The notes beneath the pieces are model-generated. The model was not told the origin of the DNA. It saw nothing but the letters and a program-made list of their open reading frames with translations, and searched no databases. Source: an uncultured Caulobacterales bacterium (lineage in GTDB: Bacteria > Pseudomonadota > Alphaproteobacteria > Caulobacterales > Parvularculaceae). From it: DNA of 61,108 bases. The stretch lies in NCBI GenBank assembly GCA_964342585.1, contig CAYFHK010000001.1, forward strand, positions 1-61,108, given 5' to 3'. How positions within the stretch are numbered: position 1 is the stretch's first letter; every line of letters starts with the position of its first letter. Below are positions 36,899 through 46,911 of the stretch, piece after piece. The position numbers and the translations under genes are program-made.

Positions 36899-39142
36899 AT
36901 GTTCGAACAACGTCTTCAGCAGCGATTGAGGTTATTGGTCGTCCTTCCGGCGGTCCTTATCCTTTTGATCGCAGGCAATAGCCTGACAACCGCGCAATCG
37001 CCTGACCAGCTTTGGCGTGAGCGGGTATTCGACGTGTATGGCCGCATCCATCCGCGGGCCCTGGCGCCATCCGACGATGTCGCTGTGATAGACATAGACT
37101 CAGAGAGCCTCCAGGAAATTGGCCCGTGGCCATGGCCACGTACGGCTATTGCTGGCCTCGTCTCAGCCGCAACAGCCGCGAAGGCAGAGGCCGTGGTGGT
37201 CGCGCTGCCGCTTGAAGGGCTAGATCCGCTCTCCCCCGAAGTGGTTGCACGATATTGGCGCAGCTATGACGACAATGGCGATGCTGTCCGCCTGATCGGC
37301 CAATTGCCAACAACCAATGCGGCACTTGCCGCTGCCGCCGCTGAAGGCGAGACGGCCCTTGGTGCAGGTCGACATTTCCTTGACGAAACGCGGTGGACCC
37401 GCACCGGGCTGGAAGGTGAGGATTGGGCAAAAGGCGGCGGTACTGCCTTTTTTTCCCTGCCCGCAGCACCCATCCTCGACGAAGTCGACCCAGGTTTTGG
37501 TGAAACCGGCCTCGTTTCCGTTCTCACCCTGCCAACCGGACCTGATGGCCGCGTTCGGCGTTCGCCGCTGATTTGGGCGATTGGCGATCGCCCTGCGCCA
37601 TCTGTTGCCCTCGCCGGCACCATTTTCAGCCAAGGCGCGGTGACCCTCGTGCCTGCCGATCGGCGGCTCAAGGTCGGCGGCCCGCCCCCGGCTGAATTGG
37701 CGGTTGGCGATCAACGCATTCCGCTCGACGTGGAAGCGGGGGCGCGCCTCTGGTTGCCGCAAGATCTCGAGGTCACCAAAATCCCCGCATGGCGTGTACT
37801 GATGGACGGCGAAGGATGGACGAGCACGTTGGCCGGTCGCACCGTCTTCATCGGGGAGAGCGTTTCAACGAGCGCAATGGTCGAGCTTTCACGCGGGCCA
37901 CAGCCCATCGCCTCGGTGCATGCATTATTGTTAGATCAAATCCGCGCTGGCGACATTCTTGTCCGCCCCGGCTGGGCGGGGCCCATCGAAGCGCTGGGTG
38001 CCCTCCTCCTGGGCGCAGGCGCCGTCGCTGCGGCGATTTTCCTTCGTCCCATCAGCACGCTGATTCTCAGTGTCGGTCTGAGCTTGGTCGTTTTCTCCGC
38101 TTCCTTTGGGGCCTTCCAACAATCCGGTATCCTGGTTGATCCCTTGCCGCCGGTGATGGCAATGCTCGGCGGCCCCCTCGCCGTGCTAGCCATGGTGGTG
38201 GGCAACATCCTCATCCGAGACGATGCCGTGCGCGGCGCCTTTCATGGCGCGCTGCCCGCCGGCACCATGGCGAAGCTGCAATCTCGCAATGGGACGAAAT
38301 TGCTCCGCGGTGTCCGTCGGCAAGTCACGGTACTGTCCTGCGGATTGCGATTGCCAGAAACGGTGATTGCCAGATTTGAGGGGCGGCCGGATGATTTCAT
38401 CCGCTTCACCGCCGCCGCGAATGATGCCCTGCGTCGGACCATTCTCGCCCACGGGGGCACCGTCGATTTCGGTGAAGACGGTCGCCTCTTGGGATATTGG
38501 AATGTGCCCGAACAAACCGAAGATCAGATCGAGAAAGCCTGCGCTTGCGCGCTGAAAATGATCGATGACGTCAACGCGTTGAGCGAAAACGTCCAAGCGG
38601 CAGCCTTTGCGGGCTCTGGCACGGATGAAGGTTTTGCCGAGGGCAGCTTGGAGATCGGCCTGGCCTCCTCGCCTTGTTTTGCGGGCCCTGTCGGTCGCGG
38701 CAATCGCAACCGCTATGCCGTGCTCGGCGAGGCGGTGAAGTTCGCGAGCGCCCTTCGTCAGCGCGCGCCATCCTATGGCCCCGCGATTATCACGGACGAC
38801 ACGGTCTTTGATGGGCTGCGCCATCACTACGCATTCTTGGATCTCGACGTGGTCAAGACCACTGAAAAAGCGCCCGTACGGACAATTTATGGCCTTGTCG
38901 GCAATCCGTTTTTGAAAGCCTCAAAGGCTTTCCGTCAGCTTGCGGACACGCAGCGCGAGCTGGTTTTGGCTTGGCGCCAAAACGACCTTTCGGCAACGAC
39001 GGTGCAGCTGCAGAAGCTGCGCGGCATTCCCGGCGTGCCTGACGCCTATATCGAGCTGTTCGAGCAGCGCCTGGCCGAGGCGCGCGCCAAATCGCAAAGC
39101 GAGATGGCCAAAAGCGAACCCGCCGAAGTGCTGGCCATCTGA
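36899..39142 (+). CDS. CHASE2-domain class III adenylate/guanylate cyclase-like protein, catalytically degenerate
   Basis: CHASE2 motifs VIDIDSESL..GPWPWPR and DGRVRR, three TM helices, and a cyclase fold with altered motifs. Confidence 0.85.
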   Translation: MFEQRLQQRLRLLVVLPAVLILLIAGNSLTTAQSPDQLWRERVFDVYGRIHPRALAPSDDVAVIDIDSESLQEIGPWPWPRTAIAGLVSAATAAKAEAVVVALPLEGLDPLSPEVVARYWRSYDDNGDAVRLIGQLPTTNAALAAAAAEGETALGAGRHFLDETRWTRTGLEGEDWAKGGGTAFFSLPAAPILDEVDPGFGETGLVSVLTLPTGPDGRVRRSPLIWAIGDRPAPSVALAGTIFSQGAVTLVPADRRLKVGGPPPAELAVGDQRIPLDVEAGARLWLPQDLEVTKIPAWRVLMDGEGWTSTLAGRTVFIGESVSTSAMVELSRGPQPIASVHALLLDQIRAGDILVRPGWAGPIEALGALLLGAGAVAAAIFLRPISTLILSVGLSLVVFSASFGAFQQSGILVDPLPPVMAMLGGPLAVLAMVVGNILIRDDAVRGAFHGALPAGTMAKLQSRNGTKLLRGVRRQVTVLSCGLRLPETVIARFEGRPDDFIRFTAAANDALRRTILAHGGTVDFGEDGRLLGYWNVPEQTEDQIEKACACALKMIDDVNALSENVQAAAFAGSGTDEGFAEGSLEIGLASSPCFAGPVGRGNRNRYAVLGEAVKFASALRQRAPSYGPAIITDDTVFDGLRHHYAFLDLDVVKTTEKAPVRTIYGLVGNPFLKASKAFRQLADTQRELVLAWRQNDLSATTVQLQKLRGIPGVPDAYIELFEQRLAEARAKSQSEMAKSEPAEVLAI

Positions 39143-39216
39143 GATCGCCCAAAGCGCTGCGCCGCAGGGATAGCTTGTTGTTTCGTGCGAACGCTGCGAT
39201 TCTTCAGCATTGGTCG

Positions 39217-39846
39217 ATGGTGACTTCGATGAACGCAGTGGCATTTCAGCGTGAGGATCAGCGAGCGGCCCTTTTGGCCGAGGCGCGCGCGATGCTTGCT
39301 AGTGGCGGGCCCGACAACATCAAGGCGCGGTTGCTCGCGTCGCGCTGCGCTGTCTCCGTGGGCACCATCTATAACCTCTTCGGCGATCTCGATGAGTTGA
39401 AGCGGCAATTGGTCGAAGATCTTGTCGCGGAATTGGCCACCGCCATTGCGCATGAAGAGAATGAAATGCCCACCGAGGGGGTTCGCCCGCTCGATCGTCT
39501 CTTGCGCCTGAGCCGGCTTTATATCGATGAGGTGGCCCGCGACTTGGTCACTTGGGCGGGCTGTTTTGACATCGCCCAGCGCGTGCCCATCCGCGCTTGG
39601 CATCAAGACGGGCATTTGGCGCAATTGATGACGGGACCGATCGCGGCGTTCCCCGGCGCCGCCTCACCCACGAGACGCCAGATTGCGGCCGAGGCAGCGT
39701 GGTCGACCATATATGGGATGGTTATCGCCGCGATAATCAACCGCGAACTGCCCCACCAGAAGCAGGCTGTGCGCACAAGGATGGAATTGACGCTAAGGGC
39801 GCTCGCAGGCTCGCTCGCGTCGCCACCGTTTAGCGTTACGAGTTGA
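39217..39846 (+). CDS. TetR/AcrR-family transcriptional regulator
   Basis: HTH LASRCAVSVGTIYNLFGDLDEL; WHG-like C-terminus (AWSTIYG). Confidence 0.88.
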   Translation: MVTSMNAVAFQREDQRAALLAEARAMLASGGPDNIKARLLASRCAVSVGTIYNLFGDLDELKRQLVEDLVAELATAIAHEENEMPTEGVRPLDRLLRLSRLYIDEVARDLVTWAGCFDIAQRVPIRAWHQDGHLAQLMTGPIAAFPGAASPTRRQIAAEAAWSTIYGMVIAAIINRELPHQKQAVRTRMELTLRALAGSLASPPFSVTS

Positions 39847-39872
39847 AACGATTCTAAGGCGCTTTGTGTTGC

Positions 39873-40538
39873 TTACTCAACGCCGGCGCCAAAGCGTGTG
39901 GGCGCGGACGTGGCCCATTGATCGCGACCCGTATCATGCGCAGCACGCATGGCAACCAGATCCGCTGTGTGCGCAATATCTGTGATCGTCTGCGTAAAAG
40001 CGTCACGAATAACCTGCGCTTCGGCTGCTGAGACTTGCGCGCCTGAACGCTGCAGTAGCTCGAGCGCGCGGACGTAGACGGTCCGACATTCACGCGCTTC
40101 GCCGATGGCCGTTTCCAGCGTTGAGATGTCTGCAGGTAGCGGCTGAAGCGCCGCCAGGGCCTGGCGTCCCGCTTCCGCCACACGACGAGCATCGGCCAAA
40201 GAGCGATCCGCATCGGCAATAATTTGCGCCACAGGATCGCCTTGAGCAGCGGCAACACCGGCCAAGTACTGATCAATCAACCGATCCCGATCGGTTTCCA
40301 AAACCGGGTTGAACAACACCGACAACATGCTGCCTTCGGCGCTGCGACCCCAGGGTTGATCCGCCAGCGCGTTTGCCGCTTCGACAAGGGCGATGCGCTC
40401 AGAAAGGCGATGTGGATTTTCGGCAATTTCGGTTGTCTGGAAGCCGGGGACGTTGACTTTGACCGACGCACAGGCCGAGAGACCCATTGTCAGCACAATA
40501 CTCAATACAAGGTGACGCTGCCACCGTGACGATCGCAT
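39873..40538 (-). CDS. Hypothetical alpha-helical lipoprotein
   Basis: Lipobox MGLSAC; fills the gap between the TetR gene and pip. Confidence 0.7.
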   Translation of the reverse strand: MRSSRWQRHLVLSIVLTMGLSACASVKVNVPGFQTTEIAENPHRLSERIALVEAANALADQPWGRSAEGSMLSVLFNPVLETDRDRLIDQYLAGVAAAQGDPVAQIIADADRSLADARRVAEAGRQALAALQPLPADISTLETAIGEARECRTVYVRALELLQRSGAQVSAAEAQVIRDAFTQTITDIAHTADLVAMRAAHDTGRDQWATSAPTRFGAGVE

Positions 40539-40696
40539 AGATGAATCCCTGCCCAAGCCCAAACGCCCCCGTTTCTTCCTCTGGCCGAAATCTTTTAACC
40601 CAAGGCAAACGACGCGCCGCTGAGTCTTGTTGAAGTCTCAGCGATTGTTAAACCGTAACACACTTATCCGAATTGCTAACCCCCCGCGACGCTTGA

Positions 40697-41650
40697 ATGA
40701 CCCAAAAAAATCTCTATCCGCCGCTCGATCCTCTCGAGCGGGGCCGCCTCGCCGTCTCGCCGCAGCACGAAATCTACTATGAGGTTTGTGGCAATCCGCG
40801 AGGAAAACCAGTGGTGGTGTGCCATGGCGGGCCTGGCGGTGGCTCAACGCCGTCAATGCGTCGGTTCTTTGACCCTGAGCAATACCGGATCGTCATCTTT
40901 GATCAGCGGGGCTGCGGCAGATCGACACCCCACGCATCGCTTGAGGACAACACCACCTGGCATCTCATCGAAGACATGGAAAAGCTGCGCGAGCACCTCA
41001 GCATCGAGAGCTGGCAAGTTTTCGGCGGCTCCTGGGGCTCCACGCTTGCGCTGGCCTATGCGATCACGCACCCCGACCGCACAAGCGAGTTGGTCTTGCG
41101 CGGGATTTTCACGCTGCGGCGGTCAGAGCTGCTTTGGTTCTATCAAGAAGGCGCGAATTGGCTCTTTCCCGATGAGTGGGAGAACTTCATTGCGCCCATT
41201 CCCGAGGCCGAACGCGACGACCTGATGGCGGCCTATTACCGCCGGCTCACCGGAGATGACCGCGCCGCGCAAATCACCTGCGCCAAAGCGTGGTCCGTTT
41301 GGGAGGGCAGCACCGTCTCGCTTTTGCCGTCGCCCGAGCGCGTCTCAACCTTTGCCGGCGAACAGTTCGCCCTCGCCTTCGCCCGCATTGAATGCCATTA
41401 CTTCGTGAACGGCGGATTTTTCGATAGCGACGACTGGATCATCGCCAACGCCGACAAGCTGAAAGATATCCCCGGTGTTATCGTGCAAGGACGATTTGAT
41501 GTCGTCACTCCCATGAAGACCGCCTGGGAGCTTCACAAAGCGTGGCCCAACAGCCTCCTTCGCGTCATCCCCGATGCTGGTCATGCGGCAAGCGAGACCG
41601 GCATCGTCGATGCGCTCGTCACCGCAACGGACGTTTTCGCCAGGCGATGA
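40697..41650 (+). CDS. pip: Proline iminopeptidase
   Basis: HGGPG, DQRGCGRS, FGGSWGSTL, FARIECHYF and DAGH motifs. Confidence 0.97.
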   Translation: MTQKNLYPPLDPLERGRLAVSPQHEIYYEVCGNPRGKPVVVCHGGPGGGSTPSMRRFFDPEQYRIVIFDQRGCGRSTPHASLEDNTTWHLIEDMEKLREHLSIESWQVFGGSWGSTLALAYAITHPDRTSELVLRGIFTLRRSELLWFYQEGANWLFPDEWENFIAPIPEAERDDLMAAYYRRLTGDDRAAQITCAKAWSVWEGSTVSLLPSPERVSTFAGEQFALAFARIECHYFVNGGFFDSDDWIIANADKLKDIPGVIVQGRFDVVTPMKTAWELHKAWPNSLLRVIPDAGHAASETGIVDALVTATDVFARR

Positions 41651-41667
41651 GGCCGCTCATGCGCCGC

Positions 41668-43218
41668 TCACGAAAGAAGCGGCGCGAGCACGGCACCGTA
41701 GATAAGGACGGCGACCACAAAAAGCGGTGCCACATAGCGGCACAAAAACTGCCAGACCTTGAACGTCCGCTCTGAGGTGAAGCCGAGCTCCTCGCGCGCC
41801 GCAGTCGTCGACATCACCCAACCGGCAAAGATCGCGATACATGCCCCGCCAAACGGCAGCATGATATTGTTCGTAAGCGAATCAAACGCGTCGAGCATGG
41901 TCATGCCGCTGAAGACCGGGATAAAGCCTAAGGGCTCCCAGCTATTGAAGAAGGTGTCGCGGGCGACCTCTGCCCCGGTGACGGGATCTATCATGGTGGT
42001 CGGCACTTGGCTCAGCGCATGACCTGTGCCGATCAAAAAGGCCATCAATCCGATGGCGATCGATCCAATCACCCGCCGCCGCGCCTTTGCCTCAGCCGGA
42101 ATGTCGATATCCCCATCGGTGAGCGCCACCCCGGTTTCCATCAATGCGATGAGCGAGGTCAGCGCCGCGAACAAAGTCATGATGAAGAACGCGATGGCGA
42201 ACAGGGCCCCAAAGGGCATCTCATGGAAGGCCAGCGGCAAGGTCAGGAATAAGAGACCAAGCCCCGCACCCGTCTCCTGAAGTTCGGCCGCCGCGATGGG
42301 GAAGGCGAAGATGATCGGAAAGATCGCCAAGCCCGCCACCATGGCCACGCCCGTATCTGTTGCAGCGACGATGCGCGAAGAGCTCGGGATGTGATCATCC
42401 GCATTCATATAGATGCCGTAGGTGAGCATCATGGTCGAGCCGAGGCTGAGCGAGAAAAAGGCTTGGCCGATGGCGCTGAGCAGGATGGAGCCATCCGTCA
42501 GCGTGGCGCCCAGGCGGGCGAAATCCGGTTTGAACAAGAAAGAAAGCGCTTCGCTGGCATTGCCGCTGATCAGCGAAAAGCCGGCCAGGAAAACAAGCAA
42601 CGCGAAGAAGATCGGCATCAAAAACCGCGCGGCGATCTCGATGCCGCCTTTGATGCCTCGCGAGATAATGAACACCGTCACAGCCATGAAAATGGCATTC
42701 ATGAGGATCATCCGTTTGGGCTCTGACAAGAGTCCGCCCAGTTGGCCGCGAATTTCCTCATCAGACATGCCGGCGAACGCCGGCCCCGCAATCGCCCCAA
42801 TACCCTGCTCGCCGATGCTCGCCATCAGATCGCCGAGGGAGACGATCACGAAATGCAGCACCCACCCGGCGAGCACGGAATAAAATGTCACGATCATGAA
42901 GCTAGCAAGAATGCCGACCCACCCGATGATGGCCCAGGCGGGGGTCGCCCCCTGAACCTTCGCAAGCCGGGTGATTGCCGCGACGGCAGACCCCCCGCCC
43001 CGACGCCCGACCATGAGCTCGGCCATCAACACCGGCAAACCGATGAACACGATACATAAGAGGTAAACGAAAACGAAGGCGCCGCCCCCGGTGTCGCCTG
43101 CCACGTAAGGAAAGCGGACCAAATTCCCAAGGCCGACCGCGGAGCCAACGGCCGCAAGGATGAATGCGGTCTTGCCGGACCAATGCTCTTGTGCGCTTGC
43201 GCCGCTCGCTAAAGCCAT
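41668..43218 (-). CDS. Sodium-dependent transporter, NSS/SNF family
   Basis: GSAVGLGNLVRFPY, GGGAF, GQAFFSLSLG and AALTS motifs. ATG at 43218. Confidence 0.95.
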   Translation of the reverse strand: MALASGASAQEHWSGKTAFILAAVGSAVGLGNLVRFPYVAGDTGGGAFVFVYLLCIVFIGLPVLMAELMVGRRGGGSAVAAITRLAKVQGATPAWAIIGWVGILASFMIVTFYSVLAGWVLHFVIVSLGDLMASIGEQGIGAIAGPAFAGMSDEEIRGQLGGLLSEPKRMILMNAIFMAVTVFIISRGIKGGIEIAARFLMPIFFALLVFLAGFSLISGNASEALSFLFKPDFARLGATLTDGSILLSAIGQAFFSLSLGSTMMLTYGIYMNADDHIPSSSRIVAATDTGVAMVAGLAIFPIIFAFPIAAAELQETGAGLGLLFLTLPLAFHEMPFGALFAIAFFIMTLFAALTSLIALMETGVALTDGDIDIPAEAKARRRVIGSIAIGLMAFLIGTGHALSQVPTTMIDPVTGAEVARDTFFNSWEPLGFIPVFSGMTMLDAFDSLTNNIMLPFGGACIAIFAGWVMSTTAAREELGFTSERTFKVWQFLCRYVAPLFVVAVLIYGAVLAPLLS

Positions 43219-43368
43219 AAATCCCTCGTCCCTCGTGTAAAATCCGCCCCCAAACTCGGCGGAATTAGTCAATCTTTTACGCGTTCTAGCAATACTTCGC
43301 CAAAGCTATCAAAGGGCCGTTTTGCGCGTGCCCCGAGAAAATTGGCTGTTCGAGGAGCAAAGAGCGAC

Positions 43369-43725
43369 ATGGCACAAGCGCAAGTCATCGACGAAGATCA
43401 ACTTGGCGGGTTAGCCGAGGCTGCTGGTGCCGACGCCGTCCGCGCGATCCTCGAGGCATATTGGGAATCTACGGAAACGCTTTCGACTGAGTTGGTCGCC
43501 GCAGCTGAAGCGGCAGACGCGTCAAACATCGCACAACTCGGTCATGCCCTGAAAGGCTCGTCGGCCAATATCGGCGCCGCATTGATGGCGCTGCGCGCGC
43601 AGGCCATTGAGGTCGCGGCCAAAGCCGGCGATGTGGCCGCTGTGCGGGAAGCGGTGAGCGCAATTCCTGATGATATCGAGCGCACGCGTCACGCCATCGA
43701 CAATTTGCTTGCCCGCGTCGGCTAA
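43369..43725 (+). CDS. Stand-alone Hpt histidine phosphotransfer protein
   Basis: HALKGSSANIGA motif; ATG at 43369 downstream of GAGGAG. Confidence 0.92.
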   Translation: MAQAQVIDEDQLGGLAEAAGADAVRAILEAYWESTETLSTELVAAAEAADASNIAQLGHALKGSSANIGAALMALRAQAIEVAAKAGDVAAVREAVSAIPDDIERTRHAIDNLLARVG

Positions 43726-43773
43726 TCTGGCGAACGCTCGTTCTCACCTAAACCATTTTTGGAAGCGCATCCC

Positions 43774-44925
43774 TCACCGCCAACTTGGCGTGCGGAGCGT
43801 GTCTTGATGCCGGTGGATCCAAGTGCACATGACGAGGCCAAAGCCCGCCATGATCGCCAGCATCACCGTACCCCCATATGACACGAGCGGCAGCGGCACC
43901 CCAACAACCGGCGCCAGCCCCATCACCATGCCGGTGTTCACCAGCACATACATCACCAGCGTCATGGCCACCCCCATGCTCAGGAGGCGACCGAAATGGC
44001 TTTTTGCCGAAATGGCAATCCGCATGGCGACGACGAAGGTAATGAAATAAAGCGCCAAGAGGCCGAGCGTGCCGATCAGGCCGAATTCCTCGCCGAAGAT
44101 CGTGAAAATAAAGTCCGTATGCTTTTCAGGCAGAAAGCCGAGCTGGCTCTGCGTGCCTTCCATAAAGCCTTTGCCTTCGACACCGCCGGAGCCGATCGCA
44201 ATCTTTGACTGGTTGGGGTGGAAGTTGGCGCCAAGCGGATCGTATTCGGGATTGAGAAATGCCGTGACCCGCTCGATCTGATAGGCCTTAAGAAGACCCG
44301 TTTGGATGGCACCGACAATACCCGCGAGGGCGCCAAAGATCCCAAGAACGATCCATTGCCAGGCAAGCCCAGCCATCAGCACCACGAACACACCGGAGAA
44401 ACCAAGCAGCAATGCTGTGCCTAGATCCGGCTGCAAAAAGACAAGGCCGGTTGGAATGGCGATCATCGCCATCGGCGGGATCAGCCCAAGCACCGTTGAG
44501 ACCTTCTTGTACTCAAGCCCGTGATAGTAGCGCGCCAAGGCCAAAACCAGGGCGATCTTCATCATCTCCGATGGTTGGAGTTGGAAGCCACCTAGGCTGA
44601 TCCAGCGTTGAGCCCCATTGTTCATAACACCGATCATCGGCACCAAGAGCAGCAAGAAGAGCGTCGCTGCGTAAATCGGATAGGCCGCCGAAAGCCAATA
44701 GCGTAGCGGCGTGACCGCCACGGCCACAAGGATGATCGACGCGAAAGCGAAGCGAATGAGATGCCGTGACGCGTAAGGCGTCCAACTCCCCTCCGCCACC
44801 GAATACAGTGTCATCACCCCAATTCCAGCGATCGCAACCAGCAAGAATAGCAGCAAGAAGTGCATCCGCATCAGACGTCCGCGGACACCCAATCGTGTTT
44901 CAGGAAGCGAAATGGCCGGAGACAT
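43774..44925 (-). CDS. rodA: Rod shape-determining SEDS protein RodA
   Basis: GAQRWI, QPSE, QPDLGT, LPEKHTDFIF and PLVSYGG motifs. Confidence 0.97.
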   Translation of the reverse strand: MSPAISLPETRLGVRGRLMRMHFLLLFLLVAIAGIGVMTLYSVAEGSWTPYASRHLIRFAFASIILVAVAVTPLRYWLSAAYPIYAATLFLLLLVPMIGVMNNGAQRWISLGGFQLQPSEMMKIALVLALARYYHGLEYKKVSTVLGLIPPMAMIAIPTGLVFLQPDLGTALLLGFSGVFVVLMAGLAWQWIVLGIFGALAGIVGAIQTGLLKAYQIERVTAFLNPEYDPLGANFHPNQSKIAIGSGGVEGKGFMEGTQSQLGFLPEKHTDFIFTIFGEEFGLIGTLGLLALYFITFVVAMRIAISAKSHFGRLLSMGVAMTLVMYVLVNTGMVMGLAPVVGVPLPLVSYGGTVMLAIMAGFGLVMCTWIHRHQDTLRTPSWR

Positions 44926-44931
44926 CAGCGC

Positions 44932-46911
44932 CTATCCCTCCTGGTCCAGACGAAACGCGACACGCTCGTCACGATCTTCCTGGCCAGGTCGCCAAAGAGG
45001 ATGTTTCGTCCGATCAGCGGGGTCTTTATCAAGCACGGCTTTCATCAAATCTCGCGCACGAGGTCCCGCTGATCGTGAGCCGGAGCCGCCATGCTCGATC
45101 ACCACCGCGCATGCGTAACGGGGAGAGTCTAACGGAGCGAAGGCGACGAAAAGCGCGTGGTCGCGTTGCGCCCAGGGCAATTCGTGGTTTTGGAAAGGCC
45201 GACCCGTTTTTGGGTTCACTTGAAGCGCGCGAATTTGCGACGTGCCGGTTTTCCCTGCCATGCGATAGTCCGGCATCAGCGAGGATCGCGCAGCAGTGCC
45301 CCACTCATTGACCACTTGGTCCATCCCCTCGCGGACGGCATCGAGCATTTCGCCTTCCGCATAGAGTTCTGGAAAAGCGGGAAGCGGATAGAGCTCATCA
45401 CCCGCGCCGCGTAGGATGCGGGGCGTGACTTTCCGGCCCGTGGCGAGCCGCGCAGACATCACGGCCAATTGCAGCGGCGTCGAGGTGACCGCCCCCTGAC
45501 CAATGGCAACCGAAAGCGTCTCCCCAGGAAACCAGATTTGGTTCTCCGGCTGCGTCCGATAATAGTCACGTTTCCACGCGCGGCTCGGGACCGTGCCAGA
45601 TACCTCACCCGCAATGCCCAGATCGTAAGTCTGTCCGAGCCCGAACCGTTCGGCGACATCTGCGATCGCATCGATATCGACGCGCGTCGCCAGCTGATAA
45701 AAGTAGACATCGCAAGAGTGCTTGATCGCGCCGCGCATATCGACCGATCCGTGTCCCTCACGTTTCCAGCAATTGAAACGCCGCCCCCCATAGGGCATCC
45801 CGCCCGAGCAGTGAAAACGTGTGCTCGGCGATATCCCCTGCTCTTGCGCCGCGATGGCAGTGAGTAGCTTGAAGGTTGACCCTGGAGGATAGGCGCCGCG
45901 CAGAGGCTTGCACCACATCGGCTTGAGGGGTGAGGTTTCGAGACTGCGCAGCGTGCGGGAGTCAGCGCCCAGCGCGAAGATGTTCGGGTCGAAGGACGGC
46001 GTCGACGCCATGACAATGATGTCGCCGGTTTCTGTATCAATGACGACCGCCGCGCCACTGATCGCGCCGGGCCCTTCTGTTCCCTCCGGATACTCTTCGT
46101 AATCCGTCGACAGAATTTCGTGGGCCTTTTGCTGCAATTCGAGATCGATCGTCAGCGCGAGGCGGTCACCCTGCCGCGCGCGGCCACTCTCAGAGCCGGC
46201 GCCAATGATGCGGCCTGAGGCATCGATCTCATCGAACCTTGTGCCTGCCGCCCCGCGCAGCTTTGCGTCGTGGGTCGACTCAAGCCCGAGCTTGCCAATC
46301 TTGAACCCTGGTTGGCGGAAGAGAACGCGCTCGATCTCGTCGCTCGCGCGTTCGAGGTCTTTGACATCGGCCGTGCCCACATGGCCGACAATCGGCGCCA
46401 CGGATTCGCCTGCGGGATAGAATCGCATCTTGCCGACCTCGGGCACGATCCCTTCAAGGTGCGGACGATGAAAGTTGACGGCCGAAAAGGCGTCCCATTC
46501 GAGATCTTCGACGACCTGCACGGGGATGAATGGCGTGTTTTTGCTGTTGGCGATCTCGCGCAACAGTCGGTCCCGCTGTGCCGTGGTCAGCGGCAAGACT
46601 TCCTCTAGCTCGGCAATCGACGCGGCCACGTCCGAGGTTTTCTCAGGAATGAGCAGCACGCGGAAGTTCTGACGACTTGTTGCGATGGCATTGCCGTATC
46701 GATCGATGATCTCGCCACGAAGCGGCACCACGACGCGCTGCTTAAACCGGTTGTCATCGGCCTTGGCGAGGAACTCCTCATACCGGCGCACTTGCAAATC
46801 GTAGAGCCGCGCCGAGATCCCGCCAAAAAGCACGAAGACACCGCCAGCGGCGAGGGTCGCTCGCCGCGTGAACGTCAAATGCCGTTGCGTATCAAAAGGT
46901 TCGACCTTCAT
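44932..46911 (-). CDS. mrdA: Penicillin-binding protein 2
   Basis: PGSTFK, SCD and GKTGTSQ motifs. ATG at 46911 overlaps the mreD stop. Confidence 0.97.
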   Translation of the reverse strand: MKVEPFDTQRHLTFTRRATLAAGGVFVLFGGISARLYDLQVRRYEEFLAKADDNRFKQRVVVPLRGEIIDRYGNAIATSRQNFRVLLIPEKTSDVAASIAELEEVLPLTTAQRDRLLREIANSKNTPFIPVQVVEDLEWDAFSAVNFHRPHLEGIVPEVGKMRFYPAGESVAPIVGHVGTADVKDLERASDEIERVLFRQPGFKIGKLGLESTHDAKLRGAAGTRFDEIDASGRIIGAGSESGRARQGDRLALTIDLELQQKAHEILSTDYEEYPEGTEGPGAISGAAVVIDTETGDIIVMASTPSFDPNIFALGADSRTLRSLETSPLKPMWCKPLRGAYPPGSTFKLLTAIAAQEQGISPSTRFHCSGGMPYGGRRFNCWKREGHGSVDMRGAIKHSCDVYFYQLATRVDIDAIADVAERFGLGQTYDLGIAGEVSGTVPSRAWKRDYYRTQPENQIWFPGETLSVAIGQGAVTSTPLQLAVMSARLATGRKVTPRILRGAGDELYPLPAFPELYAEGEMLDAVREGMDQVVNEWGTAARSSLMPDYRMAGKTGTSQIRALQVNPKTGRPFQNHELPWAQRDHALFVAFAPLDSPRYACAVVIEHGGSGSRSAGPRARDLMKAVLDKDPADRTKHPLWRPGQEDRDERVAFRLDQEG

